IMG/VR virus record: IMGVR_UViG_3300031998_000033
Coordinates: 1-36,684 of that record
DNA: 36,684 nt
Reading direction: 5' to 3' (one strand)
Source: a virus
Lineage: Duplodnaviria > Heunggongvirae > Uroviricota > Caudoviricetes
In this document: positions 1-9,703 of the stretch, in pieces
Layout: every line of letters begins with the position of its first letter
Position numbering within the stretch: the first letter of the stretch is position 1
Program-made: the position numbers and the translations under genes
Notes under the pieces: generated by a model
Database searches by the model: none
The model's input: the letters and a program-made list of their open reading frames with translations, nothing else
What the model was told of the DNA's origin: nothing

Positions 1-318
1 GTCGTTAAATAGATTGAGCTTGCCCATTTTCGCAAGGGCGATCTTCAAATAGACTTTAGATATCTTGCGCGTCGCTTTAGGAACATCCTGCGCTTTGTTT
101 ATAACATAGATGATCTTGGCGATATGGTCGAGCTGGTATCTGTCGAAAACTTCAGTCTGGGTGGACTTCAGCTGAGGATGCACTGTCTTGATCGCATACC
201 ATCCTTCACGCTGGTATACCGGTCCGATCGGATTTGGCACCGATACGCCATCGATTGTCAAAGCGTCAGGCGCATATACAAGCTTATCGTGCTATATCTT
301 TCCGTAGTTGGTGTTCAT
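1..318 (-). CDS. hypothetical protein, probably virion-associated (3'-truncated by window edge)
   Basis: ATG at 318 after AAAGGA; MNTNYGKI(TAG)HDKLVYAPDALTIDGVSVPNP...; open to position 1 when TAG is read as Gln; lies directly downstream of tail-like genes. Confidence 0.6.
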
Positions 319-363
319 TCAGCAAATTTCCTTTTTAATACTATACAAATTCAAATTCAAACG

Positions 364-2175
364 TCAAGAGATTTTTGTTATTCTGACTGCGAACGTACTT
401 GAAGCAGCAAGTCTGTCTATCTCTACGCATTCTATCAGATATGCCCCGCCTGTTGTCAAAGATGAATTAGACGAAAACACTTTAGTCGTGACGCTTTCGC
501 CAGTCCTTTGAAATAAGAGATTCCAATTGCCAGGCTGCATCAGATAGATCCTGAACATTCTGGAACGCGAAGTGTTTCTTCTTCCTGTCTGCGGATCAAT
601 CCATGACATGGCTGGAAGATTGACTGTTAACGTCCCTCCGGACGACTGCTCATATACGTCGACCAGATTGACCGTATGATCATTTACCCATACGTTATAT
701 GCAGAATTGATTAAAACAGGAGACAGATTTGCCAATCTCCATGCGCCGTTGTTTTCTTCAAAATAGTCCAGAGTAACAGCGTCGCCAGAACTTAGAGGAT
801 CTGCGACATCCGTAATCCTGCCGCCAAGAGCGGAAAAATAGTCAGACGAGATCTTGTAGATCGCATTGTCTTTAAGCTGGTCGTCGGCAACCATTGCGCG
901 GAACTGGTTCATCGACGTCAGGCACAGAATCGACAGATCCGTCTATTCAGTCACGACGCCGCCGGCCTGATTGAAATGCTGTACAGTAACCGTAGACCCT
1001 TCGTCGAACGGATTGCCGTCAACCGCGTATATCTCGGTCGGAGAAAGCTGGTCGGCGGCGGAAAGCTCCATATACCTGGCCTTCGTAACGACGTTGACGA
1101 CAGCCGGCTGAAGGCTGGACGTGCCGTTCGAGCTCAAAAGATATTTGCCGGGCCGATTTTGCATTTCCTCGATATCGTCGAGCGTGGCGAGAGTCTTTAC
1201 GACGCCGCCGGACGAAATCTGCCCGTCGGCGCCTATGCCGTTGCCGGAACTGTCCTGTATATGGTCGACGTAGTCGCCGGATACGACATATAGCGCGTTC
1301 GAAAGAATACGGCCCTGCGCGACCAGGTCGTCGTAGTCTTCCTTCGACATGTGTATGATGCTAAGGTCCTGCGACTCGCCGTCAATGTATACCTGAGCTC
1401 CTATCGCGGAAATATCAGCCTTAAGATCTAATGCGGCGAAAATTTGGTCAGAAGACGATGTTTCAGTTTTCTTATAATAATTGTTAAGCGCAGACGAAAT
1501 GTCCGATTTAACCGCATAGCCTTCTGAACTCAGAGACGCCTTCGTATTCGCGTACGTTTTATACGTATTGGGAACAGCCGTCAGATAGCTTCCAACAGGC
1601 TGCTTGCCGTTAAGGGCCGACGATATCTGCTGCGCCGACGAAGTTTCAGTCTTCTTATAATACTGCGTGTCGTCGAAAAAGCTAGAAAGCTAGACGCTGA
1701 TCGGAGCGGTGCCGGAATCGGTATTGAACTTAAAAATAAGCTGAGTTCCGTTTAGCTCAGCGGATGAAAGCATGCCGTCTTTGATAAAATCAGAGCAGTC
1801 TACCTGTGAAACGGCTTCTCCAACAGAAAGACTCAACTTTTTCGTATTGGAATTATAACCGATCTTCACGCCGGTAAACCTACCGTCAACATATCCCTTC
1901 GTCGCGGCGTCCTACGCGTCCGTAGGATCCAGCACGTTTTTGATTTGCTGCCCGTACGCGTTGACGTAATCAGACGACACGACATAAAGCGTGTTCGGAT
2001 CGACAGTTTCAGTCGCGACAAGCGTCCAATAATCCGTATTGGATATATGGCGCATCTAGACATCGGCCAGCTGTCCGTCTACCGATATGGCGGATCTGGT
2101 CACATCTCTTACTTTGTACGTCTGGCCGTTGCTCGCTTTTATGGCCGACAATTCGTTACTTGCTAATTCTGCCAT
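364..2175 (-). CDS. tail fibre / virion structural protein with internal repeats (603 aa under code 15)
   Basis: Single frame from ATG 2175 to TGA 364 with 4 in-frame TAGs, joining track ORFs 943-1350 and 364-912. Contains the phage tail motif IKNVLDPTDA(TAG=Q)DAATKGYVD, DCSDFIKDGMLSSAEL, two YYKKTETSS repeats and four Y/F-x-x-L/M-V/S-A...L/I-Y-x-V/I modules. Confidence 0.7.
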
Positions 2176-2182
2176 ATCTAAT

Positions 2183-2188
2183 ATTTTA
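2183..2188 (-). promoter_or_regulatory. putative -10 hexamer (TAAAAT) 7 nt upstream of ATG 2175
   Basis: Minus strand reads AG-TAAAAT-ATTAGAT-ATG with no Shine-Dalgarno. Confidence 0.35.
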
Positions 2189-2213
2189 CTAAAATACCTT
2201 CTGTTTCGAATTA

Positions 2214-2332
2214 GCCTGATGCGGCTTAAACCGCATCAGGCCGCTCCACGCTGCACCGCGTAGAAGTCGAAACTTCTCCCGACGCGGGCAGTTCGCGGCC
2301 AGACGACGCTTGCGAATCGCACCGCCGGCCGC
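2214..2332. other. GC-rich structured intergenic element with three consecutive hairpins
   Basis: Perfect 11-bp stem GCCTGATGCGG/CCGCATCAGGC (2214-2241); long bulged stem closing a TTCG loop on the minus strand (about 2251-2290); GCGGCC/GGCCGC stem enclosing a small TGCG/CGCA hairpin (2295-2332). Confidence 0.55.
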
Positions 2333-2342
2333 TTCAATTCCG

Positions 2343-4208
2343 TCAGCCTTCCACTGGCGAGGTGAACGGATATACCATCCAGTCCGCAGATGTCCCGGTA
2401 AACAGGGCGTCGTGCGTGTGGGCGGAAATTTCCACCAAACCGGAGATATCGCCGGTAGGACTATAGGTTCCGGAAAGAACCGTTCCGGTAGGAGCCTTCG
2501 CCGTGCCGTTGAACTGCGCGGTGACAGATGCCTCCGTTCCGGTGAATACGGCCGTCGGTGTGACCTTGCCGGTAGATATAGGAATCGTAACATTCGTTTT
2601 GTTGATCTCGATATCGCCGGACGGCGCGTAGGTCGTCGTGAGGACCTGGCCTGTCGGATTTGTCGTCTCGCCGATGAAGTCAGCTTTGACCTGGCCGGCC
2701 GCGATGGTGCCGATCGCGACGGTTTTCGCGACGTTCGTGCTGGAAAGCGCGATTTCTCCCGCGGCGGTAAAGTCTGTCTTATTCTCAGTTCCGGTAGGAG
2801 CCTTCGCAGTGCCGTTGAACACAGCCTCCGGCGTATAGGAACCGATCGCAACCGTCTTCTCGACGCTGCTGAGTTCGACCGCCACGCCGCCTGCCGGAGT
2901 AAAGGCGTCGATAACGACGCTGCCGCCGGTAAGAGCAGTGCCGGACGCCGAGATTCCTATAGGCCCGATTTCGGTCGTCTGGCTGGAATACGCCACATTA
3001 ACATGCTGCTTCGCCGCCCCCATGCTGGAGACCACAGTATTGAAATTGAACTTCAGCACGTTCTACTCTACATACGCGTTTCCGGCGACAGTAGACTCGG
3101 ACGAAACCTCCGTCACGTAGTCGACGTCGTTCGCGGATAGGACCGGAAGCTCGGTAAGCTTGCCCGTAAAGGTCGTCTAAGCGGTCTAACCCGTAAACGT
3201 ACCGGTCGGAGTCACTTCCGATCCTGTGAATTCAGCGGACACGACTTCCTTGACGGTAACAGACTTATCGCCGATATCGATCGCGGCGCAGCTTACCTGG
3301 CCTTCTGGCGTATACGCGGCCGGCGTGTAGCCGGTCATTACGTTTTCAATGGTGTTGCCGGAGAACGTGGCCGACGTGACTTCCGTCACAGTGACGGACT
3401 TGTCGCCGATTTCGATGGCGCCGACGCTGATCGCGCCGGACGGAGTATACGCCGCGGGCGTATAGCCGGTCATGACGGTCATCTCGGTTCCGCTAAATAC
3501 CGCCTCTCCGACCTGCTAAACGGTAATGTCTTCGACGCCGATGCTGATTTCGGCGCAGCTAATCGTGCCGGCCGGAGTAAAGGCGTCGACAACGACGCTG
3601 CCTTCCGGCGTATAGTCGTCAGGCGCGTATCCGGATACGACATTGACGCTGTTCGTCGCCGTGAATGTCGCGGTGACATCCGCAGACTGCGAGGCGGTTG
3701 GAGAGATACTGACCGTGCCGCCGGGCTTTACGTTGACAATGCCTTCGTCCGCGAACGCGAACGACTTAAGCTGGGACGCATTGCCGAACTCGTTCCATTT
3801 TTCGCCGTCCCAAATGTATTCGCGGTCTTCCTTGCCTGTCAGCGTGCCCGGGACGATGACCATATCGCCGCCCTTGCCGGCTACTACGGTAAGCGTAGTC
3901 TCGTCGGCCATGGTGATGGTCGTCGACGTAAGGCCATCTTCGATCGTCTGACCGGTCTTGCCGCGGTAGCTTACGCCACCGGCCACAATACTGCCGAGCT
4001 TCGCGACTTCGGCGGAAATCACATCGGCGTCGCCGCTGAGTTTGTCTATGCGGACACGGTTGTCGAACACGCCTAGGCGCGCCGTACCGTCGGCGATATC
4101 GTACCTACGGTCGAGCTCGACCGCGTTGATGTCGCTGCTTACTATTACCAGATCAGCCGAAAGATCGGCTATATTGTCCCATCTTGGATCGGGATTGATG
4201 TCAGCCAT
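2343..4208 (-). CDS. Thr/Gly-rich beta-strand repeat protein, probable tail fibre/spike (621 aa under code 15)
   Basis: ATG 4208 with AGAGG RBS; 4 in-frame TAGs join track ORFs 3516-4208, 3186-3482 and 2343-3059; ends TGA. N-terminal GDMVIV...KEYIWDGEKWNEFG-like module, then about 10 (Y/F/V)TPxG-type repeats. Confidence 0.7.
2482..2820. repeat. 33-nt direct repeat (2482-2514 and 2788-2820, 1 mismatch) encoding FNGTAKAPTGT
   Basis: gttccggtaggagccttcgc(c/a)gtgccgttgaac present twice within the fibre gene. Confidence 0.85.
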
Positions 4209-4308
4209 GTGTACCTCTTTTATTAATTAGCGCGTTAATTCGTTGTTGAAGCATTTGTATTGCGCCGGATACGCATGCTTTATTCTAGTATTAAATTCGT
4301 CCATTCCG

Positions 4309-4722
4309 TCAATCGTCCGTCGAAAGTATGAGGGAATTCTCATTGACGTACGCCTTTACCCTGTTGTTAAGCCTGCTTATTATGGCAGTAAGCTGCTAAT
4401 CCAGATTTTCCTTGAACTGGTTGAAAGTCCGCGTCCTGACGAACTCATCCTGGCCGATCTGCTGAATTACGGCGTCGACAATCTGCTGAAGCGTATCTGG
4501 ATCGGTGACGAACGAAAGATCCGCCGAATCGGCCCACATACTATAATTGTTCTCACCCGTCGCGCGGCCTATTTTTATTTTGAAATTGTATTTTTCATCG
4601 GCGTCCGTTACTGGATTATGACGGACGTCGTATCCTATGCCGACTTCGCCCTCGTACAAAGGCGTAAGTGACCTTCTCCAATTCGAATAGGTATCGCACC
4701 TAAGTTTTATTCTAGCCGTCAT
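4309..4722 (-). CDS. major tropism determinant N-terminal (Mtd_N)-like tail protein
   Basis: MTARIKLRCDTYSNW...LYEGEVGI...FKIKIG matches the RxxTxxNW...L..GE.G...KxKIG pattern; extends through TAG 4396-4398 to TGA 4309. Confidence 0.6.
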
Positions 4723-4730
4723 AACGTTAT

Positions 4731-5072
4731 TTACTCCCCGGGATCTTCCTCGGGATCTGGACCGAGCTCTCCGGCGCCGCCGGCGTCTATGAAATAGTCG
4801 TGTTGAACGACGGCGTCGAGCAGGTCGGCCACGTCTTCCGGATGGTCCTTCACGATGTCCATCACATAGACGGACCAGCCCTGCTTGAAATCGTCGCTGG
4901 AAAGAATTGTTTTATTCGTATACCGGACCATTTGCTACATAGTCATCTTCTTCGACTTGTAGCTTTGCCCGTTTTCTGCCTCTTTGTCGGATACGAGGAG
5001 CAGATCGTCTTCGCTTATGTTCGAGCTCGAGATTTCATCGAGCTGCGACAGTTTGGTAGGGTTAACAGCCAT
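4731..5072 (-). CDS. small virion/tail-associated protein
   Basis: ATG 5072 with AAAGG RBS; MAVNPTKLSQLDEISSSNISEDDLLLVSDKE...SKKMTM(TAG)QMVRY, a KxSEL...DDLLLV...SKK-type N-terminus common in phage tail proteins; ends TAA. Confidence 0.55.
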
Positions 5073-5426
5073 CGGTTCCGCCTTTCGCCTGGATCAAAAC
5101 GCGGGCGGCGGCACGATCGATGTAAAATTTTGAAAAACGGTAATTTTTAATATAGACGCATGTCTTTTCGATATGCGTCCTAGAAATTCCGTATGTCAAA
5201 TATTCTGTCATGTCAGCTGGCCGTCGTCCTTATTTTTATTTACTAATCCAATTACGGTAATTTTGTATTTGTTAAAAACTTCAGGTAAAATATAATCTAA
5301 ATCGGTTAGCTGATTCATTGCTGTACCGCAATAGGCAGTATGCTGTAAAATTGAATTGGCATAATATCTTGATGTTCCACGAAGATTACGGCAGTCAATC
5401 AACCAATCAGTTAATTTAAAATAAGT

Positions 5427-6785
5427 ATGAATAAACGAACAATTAGCGATTTTTATCAGAAAGACGTACCTGCGTACGCGTCATATGACAATCTCCGCAA
5501 ATTATGCGGGATAGACGGACTCAAGCTGTCCCAAAGGAAGATCGTATACACGGCGTTTAAAAGGTGCCGGAATGACTGGATAAAAACGGATACAATGTGC
5601 GCGCAGACGCAAATTGATACTAATTACATCCATGGCGCCGCCAATCTGGAAATCGTGATAGACGGCCTGGCGGCGTCGTATGTCGGGTCCAACAACTTTC
5701 CCCTTCTGACGGGCAACAGCGGCGGTTTCGGCTGCCGGATATCGCCGAGGCCGTCGGCGGGGCGCTATACCAGGGTAAAACTGTCCGATGTCAGCAAGAT
5801 GCTGTTTTCTGAACCGGACGAGCATATTCTGGAAAAACAGTTCTTTGAAGGCCAATACATTGAACCGAAGCACCTCTTGCCCGTATTTCCTGTCATGTTC
5901 CTGAACGGGGCGGAAGGCCTGAGTACGGGATTCAGCCAGAAGATATTCCCTAGAAATCCGGACGAGGTGATAGAGTATGTGAAGAAAAAGTTGTCCGGCA
6001 CGGCGAATCCGCGCATGGCGCTGCTTCCGTGGTTCAGGGGCCATCTCGGAAAAGTGGCGGTGAACCCCGAGACGAACATAGCCGAAAGTTTCGGCGTCGT
6101 AACCAAAAACAACATGAATTCGTACACGATAACCGAGCTTCCTATCGGGACAGACTACCAAAAGTATATCGAGCAGCTCGACAAAATGTGCGAATCCGGC
6201 CTGATACAGGACTATTTCGACAAATGCGACTCGAAGACCGACACGATACTGTTCGAAATCAAAACGACACGCGACTTCACGAGGTCTCACGACACGGAAC
6301 GCAAGCTGTACGACGCGCTGAAGCTCGTCAAGAGCCTGCCCGAGACGTACTGCTGCATCGACGAGTCCGGACGCGTCAGGGAGTTTTCGTCGGCGAAAGA
6401 AATACTCGACGCGTTCATAGACATGCGCGTAAAATACTATTCCGCCCGCCGCGACTACCTGCTAGCGTCGATAAAGAAGAACATCGAAATCCTATTGTCG
6501 AAATACCTATTTATCAAGGCCATAATAGACAAGACGCTGAAGATATCCAACCGCAAAAAGGCCGACATCGCCGCCGACATAGCGAAGATAGACAGAATCG
6601 TGAAAGTGGATGATTCATACGACTATCTTCTCGCCATGCCCATCCACCAGCTCACGAAGGAGAAACTGGACGAACTGAAGTGCAAGATCAACGCGGCGAA
6701 GGATGAATTCAAGAAGACCAAGGAGACGGCGCCGGCGGACATGTGGCTCGCGGACATGTCGCCTCTGCGGAAAATCCTGAAGTAA
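5427..6785 (+). CDS. type IIA DNA topoisomerase, DNA breakage-reunion subunit (T4 gp52 / GyrA-ParC-like)
   Basis: DGLKLSQRKI, YIHGAANL, catalytic SAGRYT, PVMFLNGAEGLSTGFS, ITELPIG; 452 aa with no GyrA C-terminal pinwheel, as in phage gp52. Confidence 0.92.
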   Translation: MNKRTISDFYQKDVPAYASYDNLRKLCGIDGLKLSQRKIVYTAFKRCRNDWIKTDTMCAQTQIDTNYIHGAANLEIVIDGLAASYVGSNNFPLLTGNSGGFGCRISPRPSAGRYTRVKLSDVSKMLFSEPDEHILEKQFFEGQYIEPKHLLPVFPVMFLNGAEGLSTGFSQKIFPRNPDEVIEYVKKKLSGTANPRMALLPWFRGHLGKVAVNPETNIAESFGVVTKNNMNSYTITELPIGTDYQKYIEQLDKMCESGLIQDYFDKCDSKTDTILFEIKTTRDFTRSHDTERKLYDALKLVKSLPETYCCIDESGRVREFSSAKEILDAFIDMRVKYYSARRDYLLASIKKNIEILLSKYLFIKAIIDKTLKISNRKKADIAADIAKIDRIVKVDDSYDYLLAMPIHQLTKEKLDELKCKINAAKDEFKKTKETAPADMWLADMSPLRKILK

Positions 6786-6839
6786 GGAACCCGCCGGACG
6801 CGAAGCCGCTTCCGGCATAAATACATCGAAAGCAAAGAC

Positions 6840-7049
6840 ATGGACAAACAAACTAGAAGTAGCGGCGGAATAGGGTGCCTGACGGTAATAGGCATAGTGT
6901 TTCTTGTGTTGAAAGTGCTCGCGATAGAGCCCGTCGCGCACTGGCCGTGGATATGGGTACTATGTCCGTTCTGGATACCGCTCGCGCTCGGACTGCTGGT
7001 TATGATAGGAGCCGGCATAGTGATGGTTATGTTCGGCCCCTGGAAATAA
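6840..7049 (+). CDS. small two-TM membrane protein
   Basis: GGIGCLTVIGIVFLVLKVL...WPWIWVLCPFWIPL, a hydrophobic Trp-rich small protein type frequent in phages. Confidence 0.7.
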   Translation: MDKQTRSSGGIGCLTVIGIVFLVLKVLAIEPVAHWPWIWVLCPFWIPLALGLLVMIGAGIVMVMFGPWK

Positions 7050-7073
7050 AGGCTGGAACACGGCGTTTTCAGG

Positions 7074-7109
7074 ATACCGCGCGGGTTTTCCGCGCGGTAT
7101 AATTTTTTT
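7074..7109 (+). terminator. putative Rho-independent terminator hairpin overlapping a -10 box
   Basis: Perfect stem ATACCGCGCGG/CCGCGCGGTAT (7074-7100) followed by AA and 7 T; TATAAT at 7098-7103 lies 6 nt before ATG 7110. Confidence 0.55.
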
Positions 7110-7724
7110 ATGAAAATAAGATCGGATTTTGTCTCTAATAGTTCCAGTTCAAGTTTTGTCGTACGTGCGGACGAAAATACTCCGGATATTTTCAAGCAGG
7201 AACTGTTGTCTGCGTCGAAATTTTTTCAAAAATTCTTCATACGCGATACGATAGACGCTCTTTCTTGGACTTTATGGAATACCGACATGCCTTATGCCGA
7301 TGTGAAAATAACGTTCGTCACACCTGAAAAATTCATTTCCGAATATTTAAACGGCGCCAGTAAAGACGAATTTTCGAGAAAACGCTATGTACTTGAATCT
7401 GATCGGCCTATCGCGGCAAAATTCATGGCATACCTGGAAGAACTTGATTGCCTTAAATTTCCGGACATTGAAATCTACCGCGCAGGGAAACTACGGCGGG
7501 ACTACCGCGTAAACGTTGTCAATGCCCTAGACAAAATAAGAGATAAAATCGAGCGTAAGGCCGAAAAACTGCTCTACCGTATGTCCATGAATATGAAAAA
7601 AGAACTTAAAGGCATGATGTCGGACTGGAAATTCTGGTACGCTGAAATAGAAGACCGTAATGAACCCGCCGGATGGAAATCGATTAAAAAACTGAAATGG
7701 GGACGCGTTTTCAACAATCATTAA
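7110..7724 (+). CDS. hypothetical protein, 'MKxRxDFVSNSSS' phage family (copy 1)
   Basis: N-terminus MKIRSDFVSNSSSSSFVV; ends TAA. Confidence 0.75.
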   Translation: MKIRSDFVSNSSSSSFVVRADENTPDIFKQELLSASKFFQKFFIRDTIDALSWTLWNTDMPYADVKITFVTPEKFISEYLNGASKDEFSRKRYVLESDRPIAAKFMAYLEELDCLKFPDIEIYRAGKLRRDYRVNVVNALDKIRDKIERKAEKLLYRMSMNMKKELKGMMSDWKFWYAEIEDRNEPAGWKSIKKLKWGRVFNNH

Positions 7725-7734
7725 AGGCGGCCAT

Positions 7735-8055
7735 ATGACGAAAAAGCAGATAGTTTCGAAATTCCTCGACTGGGCGACGAAAAAAAACCTAACGCCTGAA
7801 ATCGGATATCTTGACCGGAACGGGAAAAACAGTGGATACAAGATATTCCGCCTTATGGAATATTTAGACGGAATGCCATGGACTACTGTATGTTTCGAAA
7901 TATTTCCGCCGGGCACGACGGAAATGACCGGATGGTATTCGATCATAAAGCGCAAATGCGCGGACACGCTCACCATAGACCAGTTCTCCGAGGTCGGAAT
8001 AGGCAAGTCCGCCTCGATAGAGGAATTCATGCTTAAACTGGAAATAGCCGGTTGA
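7735..8055 (+). CDS. hypothetical protein
   Basis: 106-aa ORF packed in operon, AAAGG RBS, ends TGA. Confidence 0.6.
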   Translation: MTKKQIVSKFLDWATKKNLTPEIGYLDRNGKNSGYKIFRLMEYLDGMPWTTVCFEIFPPGTTEMTGWYSIIKRKCADTLTIDQFSEVGIGKSASIEEFMLKLEIAG

Positions 8056-8067
8056 AGGAGACACGAC

Positions 8068-8751
8068 ATGCATATGTTTTTAGTAAGAGGCATTCCTGGT
8101 TCAGGTAAGTCGACGTTTGCAGCCAAGATGTTCCCGGGCGTATTCCATATCGAGAACGACATGTTCCATATTAAAAACGGCGAATACAGATTCGACGCCG
8201 GGAGACAGAAGTCCGCCGTGTCATGGTGCATGGACATGTGCAGGACGGCGCTTGCGAACGACATGGACGTCGTCGTATCCAATACGTTTACGAAGCGGCG
8301 GTATGTCAAGGCGTATATGCTGATGGCGCTCGAAGCCGGCGCCGAATTTACCGTCTACAAGATGAACGGGTCGTTCGAAAACTCCCATTCCGTGCCGGAA
8401 GACGTCAAGAAGAACATGGCGGCGGGCTGGGAGGACTGGAACGGCGAAATCTGCGTCTATCCGAACATGAACTTCGACAAAGACGATCCGGCATGCAGAC
8501 TTTACATGCTTACGAAATTAAAAGTCGGCGACCATGTCCTGGCGGAGCGTCGGATCGGGGGAATCGACGTCGTGCATATAACGGCCGACGACCCGTTGCC
8601 CGAAATGGAAAAAGCCGAAGCCGTGGTAACGGACATTCGCCAAGGAACATACGACTATCTTAACGTCTACCTTAAATTTCTCGACAACGGCAAAGCCGGA
8701 ATCGCGATGTCCGGGGATCTGGAAAAAATCCCGACTGGCCAAAGTAAATAA
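8068..8751 (+). CDS. P-loop kinase (AAA_33 / N4BP2-like polynucleotide kinase fold) with C-terminal extension
   Basis: LVRGIPGSGKST Walker A, VVVSNTFT, NSHSVPE; AAGGAG RBS. Confidence 0.8.
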   Translation: MHMFLVRGIPGSGKSTFAAKMFPGVFHIENDMFHIKNGEYRFDAGRQKSAVSWCMDMCRTALANDMDVVVSNTFTKRRYVKAYMLMALEAGAEFTVYKMNGSFENSHSVPEDVKKNMAAGWEDWNGEICVYPNMNFDKDDPACRLYMLTKLKVGDHVLAERRIGGIDVVHITADDPLPEMEKAEAVVTDIRQGTYDYLNVYLKFLDNGKAGIAMSGDLEKIPTGQSK

Positions 8752-8794
8752 TTCGGGAAAGACCGTATTCGTCATTGCGGTCTTATGGGCTGTA

Positions 8795-9682
8795 ATGAAA
8801 AAAATCTGTATATTCGCGCTGGCTTTTCTGCCGGCTGCGTCATGGTCGTTGGAAACTTATTTAACGTTGGAAAACGACACGTTCATTCCGCACGGGGGCG
8901 ACCATGACTACACGCACGGTACCGGACTGGAAATAGTCGACTAGCCGTGGCATTACAAGCTCGGCTAGAACATATATACCCCGTCCGACCTGCGCCCGTC
9001 GCAGCATATAAAAGGTGACAGGCCGTATGCCGGAATACTCTATGGCGGCATAGGATATGAATTCTTCATGGATCCGAAATCGCCGTGGACGCATTACGGC
9101 GAGATAGACTTCGGACAAATAGGCCCGCATTCGTATAGCGAGCAGTCTTAGAAGATAATCCACAAATGGCTTGGCTGCAAATACCCCAACGGCTGGGACA
9201 ACCAGCTGCACGACGAGTTCGTCGTCAATGGGCAGTGGTGGACGAAGTACAACTGGTACCTATGCGAATATGTCGCGCTCGTGCCGCGCGGAGGGGTTTT
9301 GGCCGGAACGGTACAGGACGCGGCCGAAGTCGGATGCGACCTGAAGGTCGGATGGAACATGAAAAACGACGTCGGGAACCAGATAATGTTCTCCGCCCCG
9401 GCGAAACGGTCATGGCTCGACGACCTTAGCGTATGGGCGTTTGTAGGATGCGACGAGCGGTACTACCTGTACAACCACTTCCTAGAAGGAAGCTTGTTCA
9501 ACGACAAGGACGAAGACCTGAAAGTCGATATCGAACCGTTCGTATTCGAATGGCGATGCGGCGCGGCGCTGAGGTACAGATCGTTTTTCGCCCATTACTA
9601 TGCCGTATTCCGGCAAGACGAATTCAAGCATTAGAAAAATTCCCCTGACTACGGGGGAATCTGTATAGGCTGGACGTTCTAA
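8795..9682 (+). CDS. lpxR: lipid A 3'-O-deacylase LpxR family outer-membrane beta-barrel (DUF2219), 295 aa under code 15
   Basis: Signal peptide MKKICIFALAFLPAASWS; ENDTF, DYTHG, G(TAG)NIYTP, GDRPYAG, GQIGP, S(TAG)KIIH, PNGWDNQL, EFKH(TAG); C-terminal IGWTF beta-signal; ends TAA; 4 TAGs. Confidence 0.8.
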
Positions 9683-9703
9683 TTCTCTAAAATGAATTTA
9701 GAA

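Noticed and set aside
2214-2332. tRNA (e.g. amber suppressor) or enterobacterial REP element
   Set aside because: No cloverleaf, T-loop or CCA end. The GCCTGATGCG similarity to REP covers only ~10 nt and occurs once. Kept only as a structured element.
2343-4208. CRISPR array or DGR template/variable repeat
   Set aside because: Repeats are in-frame coding duplications with irregular spacing, show no adenine-specific mismatch pattern, and no reverse transcriptase or cas gene is in the window, despite the nearby Mtd_N-like gene.
5208-5402. 64-aa minus-strand ORF between tail genes and topoisomerase
   Set aside because: TTG start with no RBS, only 24 nt from the divergent gene and no recognisable motif; may be real but unsupported.
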